DNA of 64,000 nucleotides, from assembly GCA_030704615.1 (NCBI GenBank), contig CM060733.1, forward strand, positions 58,528,001 through 58,592,000, written 5' to 3'. The position numbers and the translations under genes were made by a program. Source of the stretch: Takakia lepidozioides. Its lineage: Eukaryota; Plantae; Bryophyta. The notes below the pieces were generated by a model. The model did no database searches and was not told where the DNA came from. It saw nothing but the letters and a program-made list of their open reading frames with translations. Of this stretch, positions 26,301 through 38,300 are shown in pieces; the stretch's first letter is position 1, and each line of letters opens with the position of its first letter.

Positions 26301-27152
26301 CTCTTCTCTATTTCACCTACTACGGAATGATGGCAGTGGCACTTACTCCCAACCATCAGGTCGCAGCTATTGTTGCCTCAGGATTCTACTCTATTTTCAA
26401 CCTCTTCTCCGGCTTTTTGATCTTTAAGCCTGTAAGTTACCGGTACTTCTGATTTCTTCCTCAGCCTAATCTGGATTCAGATGTATGATACCAACCCCAT
26501 TTGAATTGAAGTATTTGAGGATAGGAGAGGCACTTTGCACGTTTGTTGAAGGATTAGCAAAGCATCTGCATTCATTAATCACAGACACCAGACATATCAA
26601 CAGTTAGCTTGCCTACAAAGGCAAGCATGTCTAGGAAGTCAGCAAATAGTCCCCCCCAAAATTGCAATGTAAACAAGAAAAACCTAACAGATTCTGGATT
26701 ACTGCAATGGTACTCAACTTATTTTGGCAGAGATGATTAGCTTGATAGGTGTTGCTCTCTCTCTTGTGCCTCCTTTTTTTGTCATTTCTACTTTACCCAT
26801 GGGCCCTTGGCCTGGGGGACTAGATTATCTTTCTTTCTCATGGGCTGCCTGTATTGGTCTGCAGAAAATTCCCAAATGGTGGGTTTGGTATTATTGGGCG
26901 TGTCCTGTGGCTTGGACTCTCTATGGCCTTATAGTAACTCAGTTTGGTGACAATTCAAGCCTTACACTACCATCTGGAGCTGATCCTACAAATCCAGCTA
27001 ATTATGAGAAGGTCAGCGAGTTCGTATCCAAAACCTTCGGATTTCAGAAGGACATGTTGGGCCTGGCAGTCTCAATGCCAGTTGTGTTCACTATTATCTT
27101 TGCAACTGTCTTTGCCTTCGGCATCAAGTTTTTGAACTTCCAGCAGCGGTGA
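11336..27152 (+). CDS. Full-size ABC transporter G family (PDR type), 23 exons, about 1501 aa
   Basis: Exons by manual GT-AG reading: 11336-11724, 12293-12413, 12632-12720, 13538-13622, 13794-13953, 14722-14798, 15246-15299, 15694-15784, 16176-16477, 17433-17714, 18244-18560, 18755-19022, 19642-19786, 20040-20168, 20948-21159, 21790-22122, 22245-22535, 24686-24769, 24925-25058, 25244-25471, 25630-25801, 26177-26431, 26865-27152. Sum is 4506 nt, in frame. Motifs: [94 protein letters not shown]-terminal LNFQQR. Confidence 0.96.
13085..13440 (+). mobile_element. Old RTE-X-like LINE 3' fragment in ABCG intron 3
   Basis: Degenerate [20 protein letters not shown]...EIETEEH. Similar to 23240-23600. 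Confidence 0.7.
16774..17219 (+). mobile_element. Young RTE-X-like LINE 3' end with (ATTTC)n tail, in ABCG intron 9
   Basis: [19 protein letters not shown]...RLCPAC...[18 protein letters not shown] (non-LTR C-terminal CCHC region). Tail GGACGTTATAAAGCACCATTTCATTTC. Near-identical to 23792-24242. Confidence 0.85.
21240..21480 (+). mobile_element. Old RTE-X-like LINE 3' fragment in ABCG intron 15
   Basis: Degenerate [13 protein letters not shown]...IETVGG...EEHFFFHCP, homologous to the young copies. Confidence 0.6.
22630..22850 (+). repeat. RTE-X-like tail remnants with (ATTTC)n in ABCG intron 17
   Basis: TGTCCCATAAGCTCTTTGAG...TACCATTTCATTTCATTTC matches the tail of the young copies. Confidence 0.6.
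23240..23790 (+). mobile_element. Older RTE-X-like LINE 3' fragment plus tail
   Basis: ORF 23314-23547 has [33 protein letters not shown] and ends in ATTTC repeats just before the young copy. Confidence 0.7.
23792..24242 (+). mobile_element. Young RTE-X-like LINE 3' end, second copy, in ABCG intron 17
   Basis: Same 113-aa ORF as 16774-17115 with 2 aa differences. Same first bases (TTGAGACCAAATTACC) and (ATTTC)n tail. Confidence 0.85.
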
Positions 27153-27399
27153 TTCATCTTACTGAAGCGTGGATCTTTCAAGCCTTAACAAGGCCTGTAT
27201 TATTTGCCTAATTGTCTTGCAGAGACTAGCCACTGTCTTCTCCCAGGAAATGATTGTACCGCACACTGTTTAGATCCTCTTCAAACAATTTGTACTATAC
27301 AGGCTAGTTAGAACTAGTATGGTTTCATGCAGCAAGAAATCATGATTTGAAATTGAGCCGACACTATTACTTGAGTGGCCCTGCAAGTGAAGCATAGTG

Positions 27400-27522
27400 A
27401 ACACACAGGCCATTGAGGGCCCAATGGACGGTCTGAAGGCACATGTTGAAGGATTGAACCCAGGATTACCTAGGTTATGCACAGGCAAGGCACAAACACC
27501 CAACCACCGGGCTACCTGCTCA
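27400..27522 (-). mobile_element. tRNA-derived SINE family A, copy lacking the tail
   Basis: Near-identical to 9191-9312, with A and B boxes. The tail segment is absent. Confidence 0.8.
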
Positions 27523-28256
27523 AGTGAGAGAGGGAAAAGACGTTGTTTGCGAAACAAGAGGAACACACTCTACCATTGTGAGGAGCGCTCTCCAGTAGAG
27601 CCATTTCCTTGGTAGAGAAGAACGAATATACTCTTGAGCTTTGTTTGCCAGAGAGAGGGAGAGGGAGAGAGAATTTCTGTTATATGACAATGTACACAAA
27701 GAAGTGAATTCTTTGGTCGAGACTATCATTCATGAACAATTAACTGATATAACAGACTACAAGTTACATGGCCATAACAGCATTACATTTATCAACCCCA
27801 AGGGACTGTGTGGCCTATGCTAACCTGACAGGGAGCTACAGAGACCACAATATACATCTGCCTCAAATATAGATAGAGTGAACAAACATAAATCAACTTT
27901 CTCCCTCATGTCGATCTTTGGGAGCCCATGAGAAGGTGAGAGAGTTGGTGAAGCTCTTCTTGCCTCATGGTAAGAAAGAGCGCCTTCGTGTCGTATGAGG
28001 CACTACTTTCTCCTCGAGTAGAGGAATGTGTTTGTCAAAGAAAGAGTTGCAAGAAGTTTGCTTCAGCTACTGTCCTAAAGTGTATAGGCATCTACAAATT
28101 GCGCGGAAGAAGAGATCGACAAGCCTGCTGGAAGTTTGGGCATCTACAAACTTGGAAGAGATCTTGGCAGTTGTCGAAGCTGGAAAGTTCTTGTATTGAG
28201 ATTGTGTCTGAGTACTGTCCTAGAGCACATTGCCAGGGAGTGCCGTCTTCACAGAA

Positions 28257-29432
28257 TTAAGTTAACATGTGAAAATTGGGCTCGAAGGTGAATCCTAGTG
28301 GATTTAAACTGTGAAATATTTTGCCCTTTCGATCGGGAGTTGATCGATGTATTTTCCTTGGAGAACATTTGTTCGCGTCCTGAAGGTCGTAGATGACCAT
28401 GGTGTGTTCAACTGCATTGAAAATACAAAGTTGATGATCCCCAAATGCAACACATGTGTACTCTGGGTAGATCAGAAGACCTCTACATCCCTTTCTTGGC
28501 TCGTCTACAAATATTCTCCATGACCCCCGACACCCATCTAACTCAAGTTTGAAAATGCAAGTATACACATCTTTACCAAACTCTTGCTCGGAGAAAAGGT
28601 AGATATCCCCTCCACACTCCACGACCTGTGTAGTCGCATAGTAGGCATCACGACATTCCCTCAAGCTTGGGATCTTACACCAAGTTTCTGGTAACCAGAT
28701 TCCTTTTTCCACATCGTAGGCTACAACACCTTTACCCTCTTCTGTTACAGCAACGCAATACAGCAACCCATTGCAGTATGCGCCATTTTGATACTCATTA
28801 AGTCCAAAATTTGGAGGAGGCAACGCCCCGGTTTCCGTCCACTCCGATGTTTTAGAATCGTACACCTCTGTTTTCCTAGAAAGGTGCTCAGTTCCAACGG
28901 TCGAACTCCCAGCCACAATGATCTTGTAACTGTTCGTGGCCTTATCCACCAGCACATGCATCAGAACAGGATGTCGCCGGTGGTTCAAGGGGGGAAGCTC
29001 TTTCCAGCATTGTCTCAAAGGATTGCAAATGAACAGCTTGTCCGTTTCAGGGAATTTCGCCACATCCACACACAACAATCCCCCACCTCCAGCGACTAAC
29101 AAATCCTTGTAAATCTCTGGATCTGGAAACGACATAAACGTCAAAGAAGGTAGGGTGCACCATTTCTCCAACGAGGCATCATACCCCGACCACGACAAAT
29201 TCTCCCCGTCTGCAATGTTGAAGAACATAGGCGAATATGAAGCTTCGGAATCACGTCGAGCTGTGCGAGCATGCACGAACGTCTCTCGGGATATCACGCT
29301 TCTCCATCCGCGACACACTCGGCGAGCTTGAAAAACATCGTGCATCGGAAGACGAGCCAGCACCCCGTCCGCAACCTCTGCAGGTAGCTTCTCCCACTCT
29401 CGCATTTCCACTCGCCATTTGGAAGTGGGCAT
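28257..29432 (-). CDS. F-box protein with kelch-like beta-propeller C-terminus, 391 aa, single exon
   Basis: N-terminal F-box WEKLPAEVADGVLARLP...ARRVCRGWRS. Also GGGLLCV, FICNPLRQCWKELPPL, YKIIVAGS, TEVYDSKTSEW and terminal GFTFEP, typical of plant F-box/kelch proteins. Confidence 0.92.
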   Translation of the reverse strand: MPTSKWRVEMREWEKLPAEVADGVLARLPMHDVFQARRVCRGWRSVISRETFVHARTARRDSEASYSPMFFNIADGENLSWSGYDASLEKWCTLPSLTFMSFPDPEIYKDLLVAGGGGLLCVDVAKFPETDKLFICNPLRQCWKELPPLNHRRHPVLMHVLVDKATNSYKIIVAGSSTVGTEHLSRKTEVYDSKTSEWTETGALPPPNFGLNEYQNGAYCNGLLYCVAVTEEGKGVVAYDVEKGIWLPETWCKIPSLRECRDAYYATTQVVECGGDIYLFSEQEFGKDVYTCIFKLELDGCRGSWRIFVDEPRKGCRGLLIYPEYTCVAFGDHQLCIFNAVEHTMVIYDLQDANKCSPRKIHRSTPDRKGKIFHSLNPLGFTFEPNFHMLT

Positions 29433-30221
29433 AACGATCCTCCGAGCGAAGAGTAGTCACCGGCATTCAAACACGACATAATCGAGCAGCGCAGTCTGAA
29501 CAGCTGCCCATACCGATATAAATTTATAGTCTTTGCGGGGCGTCAATTTGGGTAGTACATTTCTAGCGATACTTAGGGGTATATGAGCACTGGTATGGTA
29601 TTCCTACTATTCAGAGGCCCTATTCACCATATATGCACACATCTAATTGTAGTCTAAACTATGAAACACCACGCAAAGGCAACTGCATGTCGCGTTCTGA
29701 ATTGACAAACTGGTAGTACAGATTACGACTAACCTAGCTGCACTATGTATCGCCTGAGTACATTGGTCTGGTATGATCTTCAATACGTACGTGTATCCCA
29801 CACCTGTTGAAGCAGGTACAGCGGTCCGACACTCGTGCCCAGCACCTAGCTTACCGACACTTCGCGGAGAGTTACCGACACCTCTTCACTCATACCTCTG
29901 GGTCTCGTGCTACCTTGTCATATTTTGGAGGGGAATCCGACGGGCACGGAACAGCGCGCGCGGCGGGCCCGCGGTGGATCGGATAATTTGGACTGTCCAA
30001 TCGAATCGCGAGGAGGGGTAAAAATCGGAGTCGGGGCTTCGCATTGAAGCACCTGCCGGCCAGCGCTGGCGACACCACAGCTGGAAATTCTGGCACGTGT
30101 ACGACATAGGAGCGGCCGCTAAGTATACAAATTGTGTGTACGTGTCAGAGATACGAGAGGGGATGCTTGTTACGCTATGCAATTTCTTGCACGTGTAGGA
30201 GATACGGTAAGGGGCAGGTGT

Positions 30222-30648
30222 CATACCGTCCCTTATCAACCGTTTAGGCATTTTTGCGCCTAATAATTATTAGAAACCAAACGAGTCGGTTAGGCACGTT
30301 TCTCAAACCATTTCTCACATTAGGCATCTTCATGCTATGAAATATTCTGTTGCAAATTCCCTGTTTTTTCATGGATGAAATAGTCAAATTTCTCCAAATG
30401 AAGAATAAATTATGGATGAATTCGCCAAATATGGATGATGTAAATGGATTTATGTACGGACATGGATGATTCTATCCTAATTTCAATGGATGACCAGAAT
30501 GTATGGCTATTTTTTGCCAAACTCTGTAGCCACTCGCGCTTTTTTTCAAATTCCAGAAAAAAAACACTAGTTTCCGTGCAATTAGGCCAAATTCCCAAAA
30601 CGCATTAGGCACTTTCAATTTGAATTAATTATCGCCTAAGGACGGTGT
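30222..30648. mobile_element. Candidate MITE with short TIRs and internal ATGGATGA repeats
   Basis: Left CATACCGTCCCTTA versus reverse complement of the right end CACACCGTCCTTA. Several ATGGATGA units at 30371-30493. Confidence 0.45.
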
Positions 30649-32399
30649 GTGCAAGGTAATGCCCTTGAGTGCAGGGCATTCCCGGATTTAAGGGCCTGAC
30701 CCCCTCGGCGGCCTCTTCAATAATAAGTAAGTACCCCGCGTTTGTTTGAGAAAAAACTCTGAAGGTCAAGGAAATAGAGACGGTGGGAGCGACCAATAGG
30801 GAGGTAGGAACAGGTGCTCTAAGCGATGCAATTCAGCTTTTTGAAAACATTTCCTTTATCATGGCCTTGATTTATTTCTTTTGAATAATTCTAACAAAGT
30901 TCAACGGACTTCCAATTTTTCAATTAGGAATATTTGTTTTTATTATTTTTAAGTTACATAGTTTTCTCCCATTGAGAAAATCCGCGGTTTTGGTGGCATG
31001 TGGTAATGTCATATGCAGTGATGGTCAAAACAACAATTGATGGTAGCTAGCTTGGTGAAATAGATAGACCCATCACTTGCTCACATAAAAGTGACATGCC
31101 CTATCGTCTGTGGGCCAAGTTAGGCCCCGACATGGAAGTTGGGCCTTATTAGAGGTAGAGCAAGAGCAAGCAGCAAACTGAAACCAAACTGAAACCAACA
31201 TGTTCATGTTCGTGAGCAGAATCCTTCATGCTCCGTCAATGCCCAACTTGAAAGATGTGAAATATGTCGAAATTCCCAAGATCTCAGAGTCAAAACTGTC
31301 GGTACTGCCGACTCGGACTTCAAGGCCTAGGGCAGTGTGACGTGAGGGCAGTAAACGACCCGAACTCCAAGGCCGTTAATCCCGCGACAGCGTGTCCAGC
31401 GAAGAACGATGACGTCAACTTAAGAAATTCCCGGTTAGTGCTTTACGCTGGGTAATATAAGTCCCTTGGGCCGAGGGCATTCCCTGATTCTCGGGCACCT
31501 ACTGCCCTCGGTCCAGGGACTTGCCCTATACGTCAACTCGAGAGACATATCTGAACGGAGCAAATCGTGTGTGTGTTCGATGGTGTGTTTGTGTGGCAAC
31601 TGGGTGGATGCGTCAGCAGCAGAGACGTGAAGGGAGCGAGGGAGGGGTTGACAACCTTGCTTGATCTGGTCATTGAACTAGTTGGTAAAGCCGTCATCCA
31701 TAATACTTGTGTTCATATTTCAACTGCGTGTGCATATAGTCCAAGAGGAGCTTCTAATACGCTCTCTTCAAACTACTAGGAATGCGCCCCACTATGTTGG
31801 ACTGGTATACTGATAAGAAACTGGTATCAATACCATTATATGTATTGGTGTAAAGTACCAGGCCAAGTCTGGCAACCTCACGCCACTAACTAACATATAC
31901 CCGTACTGGCCTGTTTTTCCCTAATGGGTATGGGTGATACCCTAGTGGGGGGTGGTTGAAAATCTGGTACCGGATACTAGTACCAGATCCATTTTTTTGA
32001 GGAAAACCTAGGTATGATGGAAGAGGCACTATGCACAATATGGATGTGGCTTTCAATCGTGAATCTGCGCTCTTATTGCAATGAATATGAATATAAGAAG
32101 CTGGATACTTCGACGAATAAATTCGATGAGAAGCATGCTTATTGTACACGTAAAATGAGAGGTTGGGTAGCACGTGAGCACGGAGTGCTCGCGTGAGCAT
32201 AAGAAAAAATGCCCGAAAATTTGTGAATATTCCTGAAAAGATGCTACGACGAAACTAAAATTGGAAATTTGTGCTCACCGGACCAAATTGTGCGCACGTG
32301 AGCAAACAAGCCACACGTAGACGGGTTAGTCACCCTATCACCCTAATTTGTTAGGTTTAGGTTACATTAGGTTTAGGTTAAACCAAACACAATATTTTG

Positions 32400-32580
32400 T
32401 TTCGCCCCCAAAACTATAGGATAATGACCTATGCAGTGATACTTGGAAATTTTGCCAACGAAATCCACATTTTTGCGAAATCCACTATTTCCCTGGCAAC
32501 ACTCATTATTTCTATGGCGAAACCCATTATTTCGCTGGCGAAACCCGATACCTTGATTTATTTCGTTAACGAAAACCCCT
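32400..32580. repeat. Short degenerate tandem motif (GGCGAAACCC/ATTATTT)
   Basis: Repeated GCGAAA.CC and CATTATTTC units. Confidence 0.4.
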
Positions 32581-32708
32581 TGTTTGCCTCATTATATTAA
32601 ATTGTTCACTATTATTGGTATTTTGTGTTTTGGTTATTATAACTCTATTTATGAGTTTTCATTTTTTGAGTGCAGTTTTACTGCATCAAACTGAAGAAAC
32701 AAAACCCT

Positions 32709-34440
32709 CTAATTCCTGGAACTTACTGTTGTCATGAAACCCCCCCACTGTCTGTATCGGAAATGCCAAAACCCAAACCAATCGTCCAGCTCTTTGAGGC
32801 CTTCCTGGCTTGATGCATTCGAGAAGTACCACCAGATAGTTTGATACATGGAGTTTGCCTCATGCTCCGTCCTTGCATCTTTGTACAAGCAACATAGTCT
32901 CATGTGCTCGTCCTGCAATTCCACTTTTATGCAACTCTTTGTATGCCTTCGAAGGGACTGCGTCCAATGAAAGAGACAAGTGCGCTCCCTACCTTCCATA
33001 GGTGTTTTGGGGTCTCCAGATCCAAACACACACCGTATTGCATTCCAGTTTGCCTGGGCGCTGTCAGCCATGAATCCATTGAAGTTTGGATTAGGCACAC
33101 CATTCAAATTCATGACGTTCACAAGATACCTCCACATCAGAATTTGAGATTGTGTGTCCTCGGATTGCATGTCGCAAACGGCTATAGTCATTACTCTTTG
33201 GTAAGTGGGATCATACACATGACAAGCCATGGTTGTCCACTCTTTAACACGTTTGAACATGGTCGAATATATGAGCCATGATTTCTGCAGATCGCCTCCA
33301 GGTTGCATTCTTCGGACCAGGCTAACTCCACTACCCTCTCCCACCGTGGACATTTTGAATAAGTACACTTTCAAGGATCATTGGCCTGGAAAGACACTAT
33401 CTTGAATAAAGTCATATTTTCTTCTACGCTTCAAGTCCAAAATGCTATCAAGAGAACCTCTGTTCCCTGGGCCTATTCGCAGTGCGTTGATGTGATTCCG
33501 GACATTGGGCGAGCTTAAAGTAGAAAAATGGTCCATAACAGCATCTAGCTTTGAAGAGTCCAGCTTGGCTAAGATATCGTCTGGTTCTCCAAGAATATAT
33601 TTTTGCAAGAACGTCTTGCTTGCCGCAAGTGCAATGGCTGACGGCATAGCATTTGGAGCGTTGTGAACTTCTTGCTGCAGGAGTCCCAGTACCCTATCTA
33701 TACTTTCCCTGCAATCTCTTTTGCACACGGGGTGATCATGATTTCCGAGATGTATACAAGCCCGAGTAAGGGTTTGGCAACGATGAAGAACGTAGTACAT
33801 GCGAGCCTTACAGGTGGCAATGCATGTGGGGACAAATTTACAGATTCTGCAGATGAACATAGTGTTACTTTGAGTGGCACAACCCACTGCAAATGGATTG
33901 TCCGCACAGCCCTCCCACTCGGTTTCGTTTGTGTATGTTGGAAGTTTTCGTCCGGCACCAAGGGTGTCCATCATGTTTCTTGTCCATACCCTGCATCAAA
34001 CCAGCCAAACCTCCACATGAGGTTGGAGGCGGCAACTCGAAGATGACATCACCATCAAATTCAGCAGGCAAACATTTTGTTCTTTCAATTCGAATTGTCC
34101 CCCATACAATCCCACACACATCACTCCTACTATTAGGCAAACCTTTTCAGAGACTGCAGCTTGGGAATAACACTTGTAATTTCTAGAACATTTGCGTTGA
34201 CAGCACTCGGGTTTGGCGGTGCAGGGATCTCTGAAATGTCCTCATCCGAGCTTTCTGAGAGCTCCACGAATGTAGTGGAAATGTAGGTCTCTTCCTTCTT
34301 TATAGGAGTAGGTGTGAAGGCTGGAGCCACCGAAGCAACTGTTCCGGGCGTCAAGATGGAACTTGCAGACAGGCGTCTTTGATCCCTGTGAACACGGTAG
34401 TTGCCCGTCGGAAACTCTCCATTCTCTACGACTCCCAACC
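32709..34440 (-). pseudogene. Mutator-like (MULE) transposase with WRKY/GCM-like zinc domain, disrupted
   Basis: N-terminal DGHPWCRTKTSNI and C..C...CKARMYY...CIHLGNHDHP. Core GFMADSAQANWNAIRCVFG...ERTCLFHWTQS (second Asp and CxxH of MULE). In-frame TGA at 33378-33380 plus frameshifts. The C-terminal exon(s) were not found. Confidence 0.8.
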
Positions 34441-35326
34441 ATATCTGGCTCCAGTATCAACATGCTGTCAACCTTACCGGAATCATCGTACACTTCTTTC
34501 TCAACATGGACAGTTCGAACTTCAAGTTCCAAGCTTCTACAGAGCACGTCCTCCTGCACACAAACGAGACCATCTCCACCCGCGACCTTGCAAATGGGCC
34601 TTGAATGGGACGCACAGTAGAACTTTGTTATGTCTGTTGTGGGATTCATTGCACAAGTGGGTGTAGGTAAAGTGCAGTGCACAGGACGGAGTACGTGCAT
34701 TGAAGAACTTAGGAGTACAAAAGCAGCTAGTACGAATCCTCACAGACGTAATATCTGCTGCAATGATGCCAGGAATGTACTGCCAAATGATGAGGATGTC
34801 CGGCATTGACCGGCGCTTGATACTATCAAAAGAATGATCATGGCCACTATACGTCAGTGCCTATACAAGCAGCGATTGGCCAAGAGCCAAGGGTTAAATT
34901 GACCACATTGATTTTTGCGCATCATACCTTTGAGTTTGACCATTACATTGAGGGCGTATCAGAAAAGGTATCCAATGCATTGCATGCCGAATTCAGCGAC
35001 AACCGACTTGTCACCGCTGGACACATGTTATGGCATACGCCGACATCCAGGGTGGATGAAGAAGTGTACATAACACATCAGGAAGAAGCCCTATGTGGAC
35101 AATGTAACGAAAATCGCGGACAGGACCTTTTCCATTCATCCCCAAACCCCAATCGTCATTTGAAATACCCCTCTGCAAAGCACCGTCCTTTCAAAGAGAG
35201 TGACCGTGCGTAGTGCCTAGCAAGCTGGAGGGGTTTAGCACAGATAGGAGTGCGTTCAAGCGTCGCAGAAGGAGGCAATATTTGTATTTCACTACCAAGA
35301 GAGAGTGAAGGGAAGCACATGAGATA

Positions 35327-38300
35327 ATGAAGGGAAAGAGGTTAGGACGAAAGTTCGAAAGAAGGGTTGCGGCATCTAGTAGAGAAAAAGGTCGGGAAGA
35401 TGGAGAGTTTGTTTCGCTTGCAGGAGACGAGAATGAGGAACAGAGCAAAGACAAGGGAACACAAATGGGAGCAGGGCACGATGCCGAGGCTCAAACCAAC
35501 GACGAGCAGATGGACGATGCAGGAACGCAATCTATGTTGGCACCAGACAATTTGAGTTTTTCTCCACTCCATTCCCTGCAAGAGGCCCAAGAAGAAGCAA
35601 TACAAGTCGAGGTGAGAAAACCCTAAACCATTGCCCATGTACTTGTACACTGTGCATTGTATTCTCTTAAAGTCTAACTATTTTGCTCGTTTGCAGCTTC
35701 TACGAGAGCAGGTCGCGGCGATGGAGAAGGGGAACAAAAGGGATGGATCAGCACCATCAAGCCAAGGCGAGCACCCGGCAGAGGTAAATATTTGCTCCCT
35801 GCTTTTGTGTGAGAGCACACTGTCCATGGTTGTGTCAACAAAACCCTAAATAGCCTTTCCATCTGAAACACTTCAAGTTTGCATAGTGTAGTTCAGTAGA
35901 GAAGCATGATACACGGAACAAACATCAAGCGCAGGCTTGCATTGACGCAAGCCTGATTTGGTTATTCCCAGAACTTTGAGTTTATATCGATTTGAGTCTC
36001 TCAATCTAAACATAGTTTTAGAGATAGCGAGTTAAGCAGGCACACAGACCAGGCTTGCGTTGACGCAAGCCTGAAGTTTAGTCCATACAAACCTATGCAG
36101 GAGCCAGAATCTATGTCAGTCTATTTGCGAGCCCAGTTGTGTGTCTAAGAAAAGCAAAACATCCTTTGTGAGAGAATCTTTTCGATGTCCGATCCATGCT
36201 TGCGTCAACGAAAGGATGTAGATCACAGCCTGTTTGGGGTTGTCAAACGGTCCTTTGAAGACCTCCATGTCATGCTTGCGTTAATGCAAGGCTGATCTTA
36301 TGGATCACAGAATCCCGCTTTTGATCTGATAATGTATTTCTTGTTTCTTCTGATGAGCAGAAGAAGAGGAGAAAGGGCAAAGGCCCTATTGCAGCGACAG
36401 CAATCCAGACAAAAGTGCAAGACACAGATATGGATTACAAAGGCATGGCCATCAAGATATGGTCAGGCTCGAGAGAGAAATTTGGACAGGTAATCCGATC
36501 CATGATGGTTATGGAGGCGAACCTCATGGTACCCCTTTGCAGGATGATATCAATGCCTGCTGTTCGTCCTGCCATGACCGGGGATATCAGGAAGCTTCAA
36601 GGAGATTTTGTGCACGGGTATGTGTTTGGAACCCCAGTCTTTTACATTCTGTTGGAGACTCCAATGGGAACGAGAGACTGGTAGACGACGACATCAAGGG
36701 CAAGTGGGATGAGCGCTGGAGGGAAGTGAATTTGGAATTCGAGCAGTCTCTGTCCAGGAGTCCAGAGTTGCAGGTGTACAGTAACAAGATGTTTTTTGTT
36801 TGGGACGGGAACCACCGCCTGCTTGCTTGGATGGAGTACATTGAATCTATGCATCGCGAGGAGAAAGATTGGCATTACTCCGTCGCGGCGTGCGTTTTGG
36901 ATCCGAAGGGAAACTACACATAGCTACTAACAGCCATGCATGATATAAACAAGTAAGTTTTCTTCAACCACCAGATTCTGATACAACCTCAAATGCTATT
37001 ATTTGCCATTAAAACCTTTTCTCACACTCGGTTTGATGGTGCAGGCAGACAGAGTCTTCTCATGTCACCACAAACTTGGTGCACACATTATTCAGGATGC
37101 AAAAGCTAGGACGGATGCCATTGTCCAGCTTCAAGACTATTTTCACCCAAGGCCTTCGAGAAGTGCAAGACCTCCAAAAGGGCAGAGACATGGTACACAC
37201 TCACGAGGGATGCGTTCCTGGAGTACATGTACACGGTAGGTCCTGCAAACAGCCTTTTTTTACCATTCATATGTACCCACGTTCAGGCTTGTGTCAACGC
37301 AAGCCTAAATCATTGTGAAGTTTAGATTCAGGTATCTATTGCACATTTAGGAGCTGACCTTTTTAACGTTGCCTTTGGGTTGGATAGCAAGAAATTGCTG
37401 ATGCGGGAGAGAGGGGAAAAGCGGAATATTACGGAAAAACTCCAAAAAGTGAACACGCTGCCTACGGTATTGAGGCGGCAATGACCTTCCACATGAACGA
37501 ATTCCGCGGGAAGGTGGTGACTGCGTTCACCAAGCAACTGCGCATAGTTGATCCTGGTCTGGCCCCTCAGTTTCTGGATGAGGTTCGCATGGAAGCCTGA
37601 AATGACACAAGAGAGGCTGCACAGGCTTGCCATGACAATGGTGGAGCCAGCAGTGAAAATACGGTGGCTTCAAATTTGGAATTCTGAGCCTGTTCTACGG
37701 CAAGCAAATAGTTTTCCCATGGGCGAGAAGAACGCCACCACTGGAGTCGTCACCCCTTGACCAAGTGTGGGACATCTGGCTTCATAAAGCCACATTCTGG
37801 GCGCAGGTAAGAATATCATGACACAGGTCTGTGTAATGTTTTTGAGTGCATTCGCAAAATCTAACCAAGTTATTTGCATGCCAGTTGGAGGAGAGGGCTG
37901 AGGAGGTTATGGAGAAATCTCTAAAAGACTTCAAGATAGGCGTTGCTACACCCGATGAGTCATTCGAGACCTGGATAAGGAGGTGGAAATGGATCGTTTG
38001 GGACCATGCGTTCTTCCGCGAATTTGTTGTGGATGGTGGTATTAACCGTTCGAATTGTTCGATGCGCAGTACAATGGGGAGCAGGCGATGAAGCGAGTCA
38101 TATACAGGTTTCATTTCATGCTTTTTAATGTTGTGAGCTGTTCTTTAAGATAGAAGCTGCCTCTATTGAGGCTTGCATTAACGCAAGCCTGCGGACCCTG
38201 CTACTCATGGCTTACATTCTCCCCAATGTCTTTGGGCTAGGATCAGGCTTGCGTCAACGCAAGCCTGTCTTGTGTGTGGAATAGATATTGGTAGTTTGAA

